A model generated the notes under the pieces. It was given only the letters and a program-made list of their open reading frames with translations. It was not told the DNA's origin and made no database searches. 64,000 bases of DNA, from contig CM075989.1 of assembly GCA_038087875.1 (NCBI GenBank), positions 19,408,001 through 19,472,000 on the forward strand, in the 5' to 3' direction. This stretch comes from Malacoraja senta. Its lineage: Eukaryota. Every line of letters starts with the position of its first letter. Within the stretch, counting starts at the first letter, position 1. Shown here piece after piece: positions 24,326 to 37,565 of this stretch. A program made the position numbers and the translations under genes.

Positions 24326-24618
24326 TCATGCTTTGGTACAAGTGCTTGATGAGGAAGATGAGTTGACTGAGTTGGAGCTGCCGTCGTCCTGCCATTTATC
24401 CAAACTCCTCCGACGTGCGTTCATAAAGAAATTGCTGACGGTGCTCAGCTCCAACCCCAGCTGTTGGGAAATGGTGATTTGCAATTCTTTGGACGGACGC
24501 TTGTTTTCTTTGAATATTGCGTGGAGAGTTCTGCGTTGAACATCCGTGAACACCAGCCGAGGCTTCTTGGGAGCGGCGCCTCTCTCCTTCACATGCTCCT
24601 GCTCTTTTCTTTTGCACG
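24326..24618 (-). CDS. ONECUT1: One cut homeobox 1 (HNF6), terminal coding exon: linker, homeodomain and C-terminus
   Basis: Acceptor TTTGTCTTACAG (AG at 24620-24619), phase 1. Translation: (A)CKRKEQEHVKERGAAPKKPRLVFTDVQRRTLHAIFKENKRPSKELQITISQQLGLELSTVSNFFMNARRRSLDKWQDDGSSNSVNSSSSSSTCTKA*. Has the Onecut F48/M50 signature. DVQ, TLHAIF, KELQ and SLDKW match ONECUT1 rather than ONECUT2/3. Confidence 0.97.
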
Positions 24619-24712
24619 CTGTAAGACAAAGCCATAAATATTAATCGACACCCACTCACCACGCCGGAGAAAAATAGCAGGCAAGACGAGAAACGATGTA
24701 AAGACATATCAT

Positions 24713-24847
24713 GTTGCATTATATGGACCATGTCTGGAGTTGCATTATATGGACCATGTCTGGAGTTGCATTATATGGACCACTATAGAGTTGCATTATA
24801 TGGACCACGTGTAGTGCATTATATGGACCACTATAGAGTTGCATTAT
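24713..24847. repeat. Minisatellite, ~25-26 bp unit GTTGCATTATATGGACCA(TGTCTGGA/CTATAGA), about 5 copies
   Basis: Tandem copies directly visible about 95 bp into the intron. Confidence 0.92.
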
Positions 24848-24992
24848 TCAGATCACATCTAGATGTGCATATTTTGGACCAGTCTTTCTTACTTTTCAAC
24901 TAAGGTCCCAATTAGTCATTTAACGATTAGAGATTTCATTCACAAAGAACAATTTGTCCATTTCTGGCTGATTACTGGCAACAACTTAAATG

Positions 24993-25249
24993 AGAAATAC
25001 GAATTGCTGGAGAAACTCAGCAGGCCAGGCAGCATCTGCGAAGGGAATTGGAAGTCGAGGGGACCCTTCTCGCCAGACACGTTGGAGGTCTGGAGAAGGG
25101 TCTCGACCGGAAAGGTTACTAATTCCTTCTCTCCATAGACGATGCATGTCCCGCCGAGTTACTCCAGCTTTTTGTGTCTATCTTCCGTTGAGTTACTCCA
25201 ACAGTTTGTGTATTGCTCAGGGTTTCAACATCTGCAGTTCTTTGTGTCT
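24993..25249. mobile_element. Penelope-derived palindromic element with 12-bp TSD
   Basis: ACAACTTAAATG at 24981-24992 and 25250-25261. Degenerate hammerhead CTGGAGAAGGGTCTCGACCGGAAA. Confidence 0.8.
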
Positions 25250-26339
25250 ACAACTTAAATGTAATCAGTTGTGTGAGATTGATAATATTGGCCACACGGA
25301 AGGCACCGTTATAAAGGTGGTCTCAGGAACAGCGTTTAAATTATCTTAAAATATATCTGTGCCGAAATCGACATATTCAATATTCAAATCAACATACATT
25401 CAATATGGGGATGAACATTTATTTTTTGATAAACATTAAGGAGGAACAAGTGTCACATCAGGCCAACCAACTCATTCTGATCGTTAACTCTGCGGGTATT
25501 TTCTATGTTACCTTGTGCAGAACCATCTGACTCCAAGTCCGCGTCCATTTCTTCCGTTCTCTCCCTATCCAGGAACTCGCCCAACTCTCTCGAGTAAAGC
25601 TGCCAGGTTGTGGGTGCCCTGCACCTGGCCTCATTTTGTCTCCCAATCTGGCTCCCTTAATGTGTAAAAAACAAACGGACGCCGGAATTTGATTTGAGGG
25701 TGGATAGACTTAGATTTTGTTGTTGTTGCTGTCGTTGCACGGTGACACAAAGCAACTGGACAGAGGCGATGACAGTAATGCGCACACAGAATAAGATTCC
25801 TTTAGACAACGACATGAAAATTCAACTAGAGATCAATAGATGGCGCGGTAGAACAGAATTCCACTCCTGTGAATACTCTGAAAATGAACTACATATTAGA
25901 CCAATTCTAGATGGGCTTGATAAATACAGTTGCTTCCTGCGAATTGAGATGGATGCGTTAAAAAAGAGCACTAATAATCACTGACCTAAATGCAATTTTA
26001 TGTTATAGTTTCTATAAACGGTGCCATTTGGCTTCATCTTAAATCATTTTCATAAACATAATGCAGCAACAGCAATATTTTGGAAACATTCAAATCTCCC
26101 AATAATCAGTTTTCTCAGTCACACCGCGGAGGCATTTTGATGAAAACTTCCTTCGATTTCTACCTCTGTACCCCTGCATGTAGAACAAATTCTCTATCGT
26201 TTGGGATAGGTTGGGTTTTTTTTCCCCTTTAAAATCCGCATTGCTTAATTAAAAGCTTTCAGTTGTCAGCGAGTGAGACACGACTTTGAGATGTGGCTGT
26301 CCAATGAACTATGCTTCAGCAGAGGTCAACAGCCTCATC

Positions 26340-27120
26340 TCGGGAGGTAAAAAGACCCATTCCACGCGGGGAGATACATAACTAGCAGCCCGAGATAAAG
26401 AGAGAGCTGTCAGGTGTCATTTATCATGTAAATAACCAAGGAGAAGATGAGAGTATCGATTTAAAAACTGCAACTTAAGGTCGTCGTTTTAAATAGGATG
26501 CAAACATTCAAAGAGCAACATTTGGCGTGATGGAAGTGGGAAGAACGAGGCAGTGGAACTGTCCCCGGTGCTGAAAGGAAACTCCACAAAGGGGGTTTTG
26601 CCCGAGAAACGCCGGCGCCATCAGTCAATTACAATCCTTTTAAAAAACAAAACAATCTTAGATTGTAAAATTAAACCAATCCGTGGGATTACAATCCGCA
26701 GTCAGTAGTAATCCAATTAATCTCTATTGCCACCACATTGTTTCCACAATAGGATCACCCAAATTGTATTTAATCCCAGCCGGTTGTAAATTGGACATAA
26801 ACTCCGATGAAATCACCCAGATACCGGATAATTAGAGATTCGTAGAGTCATCCATAATTATGCGTCGGCCCAATTCCCCCAGACTGCTGCCTCCAGCCAA
26901 CAGTCTTGTTATGGCTTCTTGTGCTAAATTACCTCACTGCTACAAACGTAGCTGTTTACCATCATAAATATTTATTCAGCCCCTGACGTCAGGAGCTGGA
27001 GCTGGAGATACAACCAGAAGGTGGCGCCTTGGTCCTTTGGAAGGGAACTCATTAGCTCTTTAAAGATCCTGATTTGAACACGTGCTTGAAGATGTTTACC
27101 ATGTTATCACGTTGGCGGAC
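26340..27120. promoter_or_regulatory. Candidate intronic enhancer / conserved non-coding element
   Basis: Repeat-free, with clustered motifs: TATCGATTT (26454-26462), GGATTA/TAATCC x3 (26686-26777), TGTTTAC x2 and palindromic CCTGACGTCAGG (26982-26993). Confidence 0.4.
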
Positions 27121-27876
27121 GGGGGGTGGATTTTAAACTCTTTACACAAATATTTAACACCGAGGACAAAAATACGCAATTTCCCCCCTTTTTTAAATGT
27201 GAAGTTTACCTTATATAGAAAAAAATAAAATTCAGGGCGAAATTTTTTTGTTGCTGTTTCTATTTACACAAACACACATGCAATTCGTATCCGCAAGAAC
27301 ACTCGCGTTTACCCCCAATATCTGAACTAAATTGAAAACCCACCATGCGGTAGCGATGGAAGATCTCTTTTGTTATTTCGTTGCCCCCTCTCACAACTAA
27401 TTTGCAAATAAACCGATCAACATAATTGTCATGGATATTTCCACTGAGTATGACCGGCCACAACTAGTAGCAAGGTGTCTAGAATGATAATTGGGAAAAT
27501 TAAAAGTAGCTCCCGCTGAAATGGCAGTCTCCCTTTAATTGCCTCTCCCCCCCCCCCCCCCCCCCACGCACACACGTCATTTGACCTAAATCAATCACTT
27601 CACTCAAATTAGATATAGGCAGATAACACTTTAAACTTCATCATTCAAGTATTAATTACACACTGTCGTCATCTCCGCAATTGCAAAAAAAAAGGCTATC
27701 AATTACGCTTTCAATTATTTTTCCAATTTAATCGAGGTGCAATTGTTGCACAGACACCGAACGAACCAACAATATTAGCCTGTAATACAGATCCAAAACC
27801 GCCAGTTTGACAGTGCGTTTGGGTGCAATGTTACCAAACCCCACACCAAACACTTGCTGAAATTCTGTGTGTGTAA

Positions 27877-27970
27877 CCGAAGATACACACAAAAAGGTGG
27901 AGTAACTCGGCGGGGCAGACAGCATCTCTGGAGAAAAAGAATCTGTGACATCTGCAGTTCCTCTCTACAC
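27877..27970 (-). mobile_element. Internally deleted Penelope-derived element with 15-bp TSD
   Basis: ATTCTGTGTGTGTAA at 27862-27876 and 27971-27985. Confidence 0.8.
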
Positions 27971-30900
27971 ATTCTGTGTGTGTAATATGTTTTAACACTG
28001 AAGACAATGGGGCTAAACTTCCACTAAACTCCAGCATGCTTAGCACATGGTTGAAGGCTAAATATTTCGAAAACTGCGCCATATTTAAAAAACAAACATC
28101 ATTAACATCCATAGATATGCCATAGTGTTACTTGTCCGAATATCAGTGACACTGTTTTAATGTTAGTAGATTCCTTCACTTTAGGCAAACATTAACAGAA
28201 AGCAAATGTGGTTGGATATTAGGCAGTTATAAATCAATGGGTTTACAAGGACACTGTCAAGCAACGTCAGGAAATGTCACAGGAGCAAAACTTTCCCATA
28301 GTCCATGCATTTAGCCTGAAATATTCCATAACTGGTATCACCATTCTTATCTTCACAATGCAAACAAGCAAACGGCGTGCAAACAGTTGAGACTAATGTT
28401 TTCACATCATGTGAACTCTAAAGCTTCCACCCAAGTGAAATTCTTCCGAAGACACAAAGAACCATGCCATACTCCAGAATTTCGTCTCAAACAAAAAAAA
28501 AAACCCTGTCCACTTCCACAGAAGGGGATTTCTAGGTCAGAATTTTAATTATATAATTAATCACGAGACCTTTTTCTGGAGAGTACATGCCATAATTCTT
28601 GTAACACATCAAGCCCTTGTTAGAAGATTCATCCGAAATAATTAACAATTTCTGGTTTCCAAGCAACGCGACATAAAACATATAAAACACACCCCAAATG
28701 AATTATTCACAGTAAAGTGATTGTTTCACAATTTAAGTATAACATGTAAAAAGTACGGCGCTGACATTTCCTCCCGTCACTATATTTCAGCGCCTAATTG
28801 GGGCCCAGAAGCAAATAAAAATAATTCATCTCAAATATTATCGATGACCATTTGCAAAACGGTGCCACCGCCGATGCGCCGACTGTGGCGAAGTGTAGTG
28901 TATAACCCACACATTGATATGGTATAATATTGTTCTGACAAACCCGAGACAGTCTCTGATCTACATACATGGCACAAGAGAATATTCTGCCCCCCAAAAA
29001 AACGTGTTAACTGCTGGAAATTACACCAGTCACATTTTGCACCAACTCTTGTGTGTCCATAAATGCCTGTTTGGAACCAACTACTTTGGAGGGAACGCCA
29101 CGCCAAGACAATGCGAATACTGACACCTAACTATAGTAATGACAGGGAGAAAAGGGTGACTGTTTTCAAAAATGAGAAATATTTACAAATTTAATTTTAA
29201 ATGACCGCACCCTCAAACCCGTGGCTCCCTGTGTCTCTCCGTTTCATAGGTCGCAACCAAAGAACTGTCTTGCTAATAGATTAACAAAATACCGATATTA
29301 AAGCCTATGTTTTGCATGCGCAGGGCTGTTCGTTACATTTGGCTACAGTTCTTGATAGTAAAATGACTTGAGAGATTTCCGTTGGTTTCAGTGCCTGTCC
29401 TCCACCTGTAGACCCCGACACCCCCAATTATATCTGGGCGCAACACATCAACAGTCACGGGGGAAATAAATATCAATGGTCACCTAATTTGCCTTTGGAA
29501 GTGCAACTAGTGGGCGGTGTGAAACGGTCCTCATTTGAATCGAATTAACTCATTCCTACGTAATGTTAAAAAAAAAACACTTCCGCTGTTAATAGTGATT
29601 TTAGAACGAGGATTTTGAATATTTAAAAACAAACTTTGAAACTTATTGTCATTTACCTCCTTACACAACGTTACATTCTTATTATTCAAATGAACACAAT
29701 TGCCAGGATAATAATCCCATTTTCGACAATGGCATTTCTGTAACAGATTCCTGGTCTCTGTATTTAATTTACAAGGCACTGTATGGAGATTTAAATCTGC
29801 CTTTTGGTACAGTGGGAAAAGGGAATGCATTTTGAGAATAAGTACACTGTGTGTTGTGGAGTTAATTGCTACTGCTGTTGATGCGTCTGTCAGCATCTAC
29901 TGACAACATGTGTCAGTACTGTGGGTACCTTTTCAAGCCAATCTCCCCGAAACCCATCACCCTTCCCAGACCACCAAACGAAGCTTCGTGTAGTCTCCCC
30001 CCCCCACCCCCACCAACACCAAATACTATGTCTAACATCCGAAAATTATTATTTGAAATTATTCCAGTCGCAACAGTCCGAAAATTAATATTTCTAAATT
30101 ATCTATGACATCCCGTTCAAGTTTTATTTAATTTCTCTATCTAAAGCTGAAGCCAGGTGTTAATGAACCCCTTAAAAAATACAATGATAAAAATGTAATA
30201 AAAATAAAAATGAAAGCAGCGGCTTTTACAAAAGCAAACGCGGGTTGAAACAGTTACATCTAGAATATAGGCGGCAAGGAACGAAGAAACGGGAGTGTTG
30301 AGATGTCAGCCTTACAATTAGTATCTTCTGCTTGCATTTGAAATAGTACAGAGGGTGTCAAGACCCCCAATACATGTAACTACCAATTGTGAGACTGTTT
30401 GCGGCAGGTTCAATGTAATCTCGGTACCAGAAACCCCTCAGGAATTCGCAGGAAGAGGCAAGAACAGGAAGGCTAACTCGAGGAAACAACGAGGGAACTG
30501 GATGAATAACACATCACACCCAGTCAATTTTATTATTTCTACCCCAAAATACTATTTTTTATTATTTGTCTTAAAAAGTGTCGAAAAGAAAGCAAGGACA
30601 CTGGAAGCATCTTAAGTCCGGGTTGGTAGGGTCAAAGAAAGCATCTAGCTTAACAGGGGCCAACTGACCCCCCCCCCCCCCACCCCCCACCCCCCACACA
30701 AACACACAATCAGCTTCAAAGACTGTTAATTCTCCCAAACACCAAAAACTCAGGATGGGCGGCATTTAAGTTAATTACACATTTTCAAATCGTCTGAAAT
30801 CGGATGTCATTGTCCTCGTGGAATTGAGTGGCGATTATTGTTATCAGGGAAGCACATTTTGGAATTGGACTTGCTTGTGCAGAAGGACGACTGTACATTT

Positions 30901-31105
30901 CACTCAGGCAGACAGACACCTCTTTCAATTTGAGTGTAAACCGGGATCTCAGTTGTTCAGTGTGAAAGGATAAATAATAAATGAATTGCCTGAATAATAG
31001 ATCACAGGTTAGGACACGTTTGGATAGCTTTCTATCAGGTTGTTATGTTTAACAGATTTAAATATAACGGCTCCACTTAATGGACAGCAAAAAAAAAAAT
31101 CGCAA

Positions 31106-31305
31106 NNNNNNNNNNNNNNNNNNNNNNNNNNNNNNNNNNNNNNNNNNNNNNNNNNNNNNNNNNNNNNNNNNNNNNNNNNNNNNNNNNNNNNNNNNNNNNN
31201 NNNNNNNNNNNNNNNNNNNNNNNNNNNNNNNNNNNNNNNNNNNNNNNNNNNNNNNNNNNNNNNNNNNNNNNNNNNNNNNNNNNNNNNNNNNNNNNNNNNN
31301 NNNNN
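31106..31305. other. Assembly gap (200 N)
   Basis: Run of N. Confidence 1.
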
Positions 31306-32676
31306 GGAGGAGGCAATTTAAATGAAATCACAGCCTCCCGTCCAAACCAGCTCCAAGCTCCAAATAGCACTGCTCTCCCGCACCCCCCCTCCTCCCTCTC
31401 CACATTGCAATCAACAGCGAAATCTCTATCTAACACTCACAAAAGGCGTTAAAAAAATATTCCTTTTTATTCAATGCATTTTTATTGTTTCCAGCGCCCC
31501 TTAATTACACAATAGATGTATCCTGCGGACTGTATCGCCTGCGAGGCATTACCACTGATTCCAGAATGTCAAGGCAAGCCGAGATATTTTAGCAAGGATA
31601 TCACACCGCACGTTGTTGAACGGTCCAAACGGTCTCGCTTCTTGGATCCGCCACCGTTAATTCCACGCTTGCAACCGGAATAACATTTCACTGGATTCAG
31701 TCTCTGTTGCCGCTTGCTCCTTTGAGGGGAGAAATATTAGCTCAATTGTACTGTTCCAATGCAGATGTAAATCGGACCCAGGCGTCTCTCTCCCTGCATG
31801 GGTGGTTTATTGAAAAATAATAACACCCAAAAAAAGAATTTAAAAAAACACCTCATCCCCTTCCCCAGTGTCCCCGTCTCACGCCAGCGAGGAACAAGGC
31901 GGACATGCAGGCTGCAAATGCCGGCAAAATGAGCCAGGAGCTAAAATGCAGACCCAAACTGGCTGCAACATGTTTAGCTAAATTTGTATAATATATGTTT
32001 GATCAATAAACTGAGCTTGGATAGGCCAGCAAAAGGTGATGATGTAGAATTAATTAACCACACAAGTCACTTCTGACGACCACAGTGCAGCGAAATTGGC
32101 AAACAAATTAAACGGGCGAGAGAGAGAAATTCCAAGCCACCAATGTATTTTTAGGTCGGTAATAGTTTACTCCCAACGCCCAGTGCACCACTTCAAACTT
32201 ACGGTTAAGGTTTGGTGGAGGAACAATTAAAAAAACGCAGAAGTGCCGCAATGTGTTTAGGGAGACAAAGGATTTGATTTCTGTAAAGGGGTCGCCACAT
32301 GACACGGTTCCTATTTTAGGCGCTGGTTCTGATGCTAAGGTGCGAAGCAAAGAAACGGGACAGATGTGCCTATTGTTCCACGATTAACAATAACTGATGA
32401 GGGCAAACAAGTGTTTGGGAAATGTGGTCCTGTTCTCGCAGGCGGACCACGGGAAGCACGGAATTATGACATAATGCATCATGATATTTGACTGAATCCG
32501 TACAGGTCTACTTGAAATTGGTCAAATTGATTGGATGGGGGAAGAATTGAATGATGAATATAAACGGAGCAAGTGTCGAGTTACGTATCAAAATTCATAT
32601 ACAATATACGCACACACACATATATATATATAATTTCATATATCATATATCAGATTTCGTATATATATCTATCAGG

Positions 32677-32985
<309 letters not shown>

Positions 32986-33707
32986 TAGTGCACATATATG
33001 TATGTATGACCAAGAGTCTTATATTCGGTCTTAAATGAAATTGCAATGATAGCAATAATGGGACGACAAATGCAATTAGCCAAAAAACATCAATAGGAAA
33101 CAGATGAAAAGAATTTAAGACAGATCAGTGCAGCAGCGAGCTCACTATTATCGGTTTAATCAAGCTCCACTTAGCATTAAGATGGATACATTACAGCAGT
33201 TATATCATTAAGCCATTATCTTAGCATAAGCGTTAAACAGCACTAGTTTCCAGCAGTTATTTGCAATATATCTTTGGCAACAAGGAAACAATCACTATTA
33301 AGGGGAACCATTACATGTCAAGCTATTGTCGAGCTTCAAATGTTCATCAGCAATGTTACCAATTAATAACTTATATTCTGATTATCGATTGTGTTAATTC
33401 AGCGGAATCCTGGTCAATGCGATAAATTAGGTTGGACAAATAGTTGGTCGGATGGACATTTATATAATGCTGTCAATAGGATATTATGGAAATATTAGAT
33501 TCCTAAATTAATTCGCTTATGTGAAGACATTACCGCGGATAGGTTTATTTTGGACCTGTCTGCTTAAGGAATTTAGTTTTATTTCTAAAATTTGAATAAC
33601 AGTTTAACTGCTACGAACCAGATGGAGGTTAAATCAGAGAAAAAATATATATAATGGAAAATTGTGTGACATTGGATTGGAAGAAAACGTTAATATAAAC
33701 ACATATT

Positions 33708-33802
33708 ATAGACACAAAAAACTGGAGTAACTCAGCGGGACAGGCAGCATCTCTGGAGAGAAGGGATGGGTGACGTTTCGGGTCGAGACCCTTCTTCAGA
33801 CT
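33708..33802 (-). mobile_element. Penelope-derived single arm ending at a hammerhead motif
   Basis: Matches the family consensus and terminates at ...CCCTTCTTCAGACT. Confidence 0.85.
33768..33802 (-). ncRNA. Minimal type I hammerhead ribozyme motif
   Basis: AGU-CUGAAGA-A-GGGU(CUCG)ACCC-GAAAC-GUC-ACC has the CUGANGA and GAAA boxes, a 4-bp stem II and a GUC cleavage triplet. Stems I and III are minimal. Confidence 0.7.
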
Positions 33803-36800
33803 AAAAACCCATATTGTTCACGGACCATTCTTAAAATAAAGCTGCTCTGTGTATGTGTGAGTATTAATGGTCCGGAATCATTTGGTCAGTGTTTGTGTGT
33901 TTGTTGTGGCCGGGGAGGGAGGTGGTGGCTGAGAGGGGGGAAAATCCACACACATTTGAAATTTAAAAAAAGATAGAGGCCGGCATCAGCTAATCTAACA
34001 AAACGTTGAAAGGACTGTTATGGGTAAATTTGGCAGCATCTTGATCAGGCGTCTTCTCGTCCTTATTTTATGGTGCCTGTAGTGGTCAGTCTGCCTTGAT
34101 TGAAAAGGGACGTGTCAAAGGTGACGCTTCAAGACTCCAAAAGCCAACAGCTGCTGCTTCAGCAGATTAACCGGAGACTCTTTTTTTTGTACTTTCGCCT
34201 GTTGAGCTTCTTGGAACCTACTTGGCCATAAGAAAACACACATCTGTCAGTCCAGAAAACACAAGGAATACCCGTTGGATGTTAGAGGAAAAGAAAGCAT
34301 GATATTGCAAAAAGGCAAACCAAACAATGCAATTGCACCTTAACATCTGTCACGTCCACAATGACCATGCTCTAAAAATATATAAACTCTGATAAACGCA
34401 AAATGCAATTTTAGTACATTGACATTTTTCTCTCTCTATTAACGATCTCTCAATAAACAAGATTGAATAAGAACGAGGGAAGGGAAATAGGAGCAACTAA
34501 AGTTAGCAGGGAGATAATTAACAACAATGGTAAATCTATGGAAGTTTTGAAGCTGCCGTGTCACAACGTATGTCAAACGTGTGTGTGTTATTCTCTTGAA
34601 AGCACAATATTCTCTTGAAAGCACAATAAACTTATGTCCTGTTTTTTTTAAAGACTCGTCAGTCCACAAACACACAGCCCTGCTGACCGATGTAAACATA
34701 TTACATGTGGAAATATTTTGATTTCAGTTAATTGTGTAAAAACGATGCATTTTGAAATTACGCAGGGGTCTTGAAATTGGCCATTGTTACGACGTGCTGC
34801 AGAAACCCCAGAGTAGATTTGTGATCGCGTTGGAAGTGATATCTTCATAACGCAAACATTCATTGACTTTATTTAGATTTCCACAGCTCAGCCTCTAAAC
34901 TTCATTATACCGACGGCGGTGCAAGTAGTTTTAATGAACACTCGGCCACGTTCGCCTCGTAGCCAAACATAGGACGGTGCTCACTGGAAAACTGCATCTG
35001 CCCATATTCTCATACTGGTCGATATTTTCATTCACACTCACGTCTCTGCGGCTTGTAAGGGGAAAATTAGACTTTTGTTGGGACTCACTCAAGCAAATCT
35101 TATTCGTGTTACAACGCGAGTTTGTCGCATATGTTTTGTGACTGAATTAAAATGTAAAATGGTCGTGAGCTGATGACAATTCCGGGCACTGAAAACAGCG
35201 GCAGCGGCAGCAGAATAGGATTAGAACAAAAAGCACGTGGCTATTAATTTGGCGGCGATTAATTGGAATAAATACCTATGTTATTAACGTGAAATGAAAC
35301 ATAGCCGTGGGTTGAGAGACACGACGTTCTCAATTCTGTGGGAAATTTGATTTAAATCAATGACAGCATCTGCAGTTCCTTCCTACACATTTACACAAAC
35401 AGCAATTATTATACCCCTTTCTGATGTACCAGATTACGTTGTAAACATATAACAAATATCTGCCGTTTTAATATGGTCAAAATTGAAATGCGCTTTTTTG
35501 CTGGAACTTTCAAAATATTTTGTATTTAATTTTAAATTGCGATGTTATTCTATATTTAATCAATTTCGTAAAACTGAGCTGTAAAGGTTGATATGAGATT
35601 TATTAAATTTCGGAATTAAAATTTATTTTAGATTCTGTTTTTCACAAATAGCAAGTGCTTTCCCTTCATTTCCGTGTTGTTCTATTTCACGAAAAAAAAC
35701 CCATATAAAAACCTGTTGACAAAAATCATGGTCAGAATGACGGAGTGGAATTGACATGTTTTAATTACCCCGAGAGACGGGATGGCGTTGGCGATACGAT
35801 AGTGAGGGAGCAATAGGAGTGAACACACACTTTAGTGTATTATTGCCACAGTTTGCTCACTGAGTTATGAAACGTTCTACTATTGTACCAACAATAAAGG
35901 AGATATATTACAAAACAAACAGAGGGCAGCACGAAAATGCATTGTTCGCATTCCACTTGTAAGTATTACATAATAAGTATTAGCACCTAAGTATTAGCAG
36001 AATACATGCTGCAATACATAAGTGTTAGAAGAATACATGGTGCAATTGTCCAGGTAACTTAGTTATTCACGGCCCAGTAATGGTTCCCAAACAGCATTAA
36101 TGCAGGCTTCATCTCCACAGAAGTTATAGCGCGTACATTATCTTCCCTTGTTTCGCATTTTATGAACTATTTGCTAAGCAAGCGGGTTGTTCCCATTAAA
36201 TATTTACACCCTAATGTCTCTTCGTGTTTCAAATTATTAATTAGGCGCCTTTGGTCATTTTAAGTTGAAATTGAGAGTCTGCGAGGTTTTAAATATGATT
36301 TCAAATTATTAAAGCCTTCTATAATGCGAAAATTACCCCATGTCTTGCATGTCAGAGATTAACAGCTTCGAGGATCAATAATGTGAAATTCGCCAACTGA
36401 AAGCCTACAAATGACAGCGTTATTGATAGCAGGCATGCAAATTATTTCATACTGTAAAAATATATAAGAATGTAAAGCCACAATCAACCGGATTAAAACT
36501 GGCAAATGGCCGTCTCTCTGCAGCAGTAACGCTGAAAGTTGTTAGAATAACGACTAATTCAACGAGAATTGCAAGTGAAAACTCTCTGCATAGAAATCTA
36601 AGCAAAACCTTTGCAAAATGGCTCCATTCCCTTTGTAATTTTAAAACTTATTTTAACATCAACCTAAAATTGTTATTTCGGTTGTGGTTCACCTAAACAA
36701 TCAGACGTATATTCGTTTTACTTTACTAAAATACATATCTGACATTAATCCAAGATTAGCCACAAAAAGGGAGTAATAATCTAATATTATTCTTTCCTGG

Positions 36801-37444
36801 TCTTTTCACATTATACAGTTAAACCAAACCTTATTGCCTGCAGAATATGTCGACACTTACCATCTTATTAAAAGTCATCAGTAAAGTTTATTTTCAAACA
36901 ACATTTTGTAATCCACATTTTATATCGCCTTTCACTTTGTGCCGTTAAAGTCATCTCGCTTTTGTTCATTTTTTTGTTTTGGAAATAAATTGTCGATAAC
37001 ACACTTTATAGATTCGGCAAACATCATCATCCTTTTTTTTAAACAGAAAAAACGAAGATCAATTACGCTCATTGTATTTGGCGAATATTTATTTGTAAAT
37101 AATACAGCGACCGGTAATATTCACGTTGAACCAAAGACTGTTTTCTAAAATTACATGGTGGTGATCTTCAAAATCGAAAACTATTTTCAATTCAATGCAA
37201 CTTTTGTGATTGTGTTGTGTTTGCCTCTAAGTTTTAACGTTTAAATTGTGAAACGACGGCGCTCAATTTTTCGAAAGAAGCACCAATGTATGGAAAAGGG
37301 TAAATGTAGGGAGCGAAGTTGCAAATAATTTCACCTCAGTCGTTCCAAAATATTTCGGCAGGATCTTTAATCCATTGTGGTGAAATTGCAAGAAGTATTT
37401 TACGGGGCGGATTTTAAACGAAAGAGGCAATGGAAAGGTGTTTA

Positions 37445-37565
37445 AGAAAGAACTGCAGATGCTGGAAAAATCGAAGGTAGACAAAAATGCTGGAGAAACT
37501 CAGCGGGTGAGGCAGCATCTATGGAGCGAAGAAATAGGTGACGTTTCGGGTCGAGACCCTTCTTC
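37445..37565 (-). mobile_element. Penelope-derived arm with 11-bp TSD (duplicate at 59751-59871)
   Basis: AAAGGTGTTTA at 37434-37444 and 37566-37576. The element is truncated inside the CTGAAGA box. Confidence 0.85.

Noticed and set aside
24326..24592. ORF-track start MKERG... as a standalone 88-aa gene
   Set aside because: The start is an internal GTG. Homology extends to the splice acceptor at 24618.
24713..24847. Constant repeat with variable spacers, resembling a CRISPR array
   Set aside because: Spacers are only ~6-9 bp and recur, there are no cas genes, and the context is a vertebrate intron. It is a minisatellite.
31040..31436. ORFs spanning N runs (also 58322-58687)
   Set aside because: Artefacts of translating through gaps.
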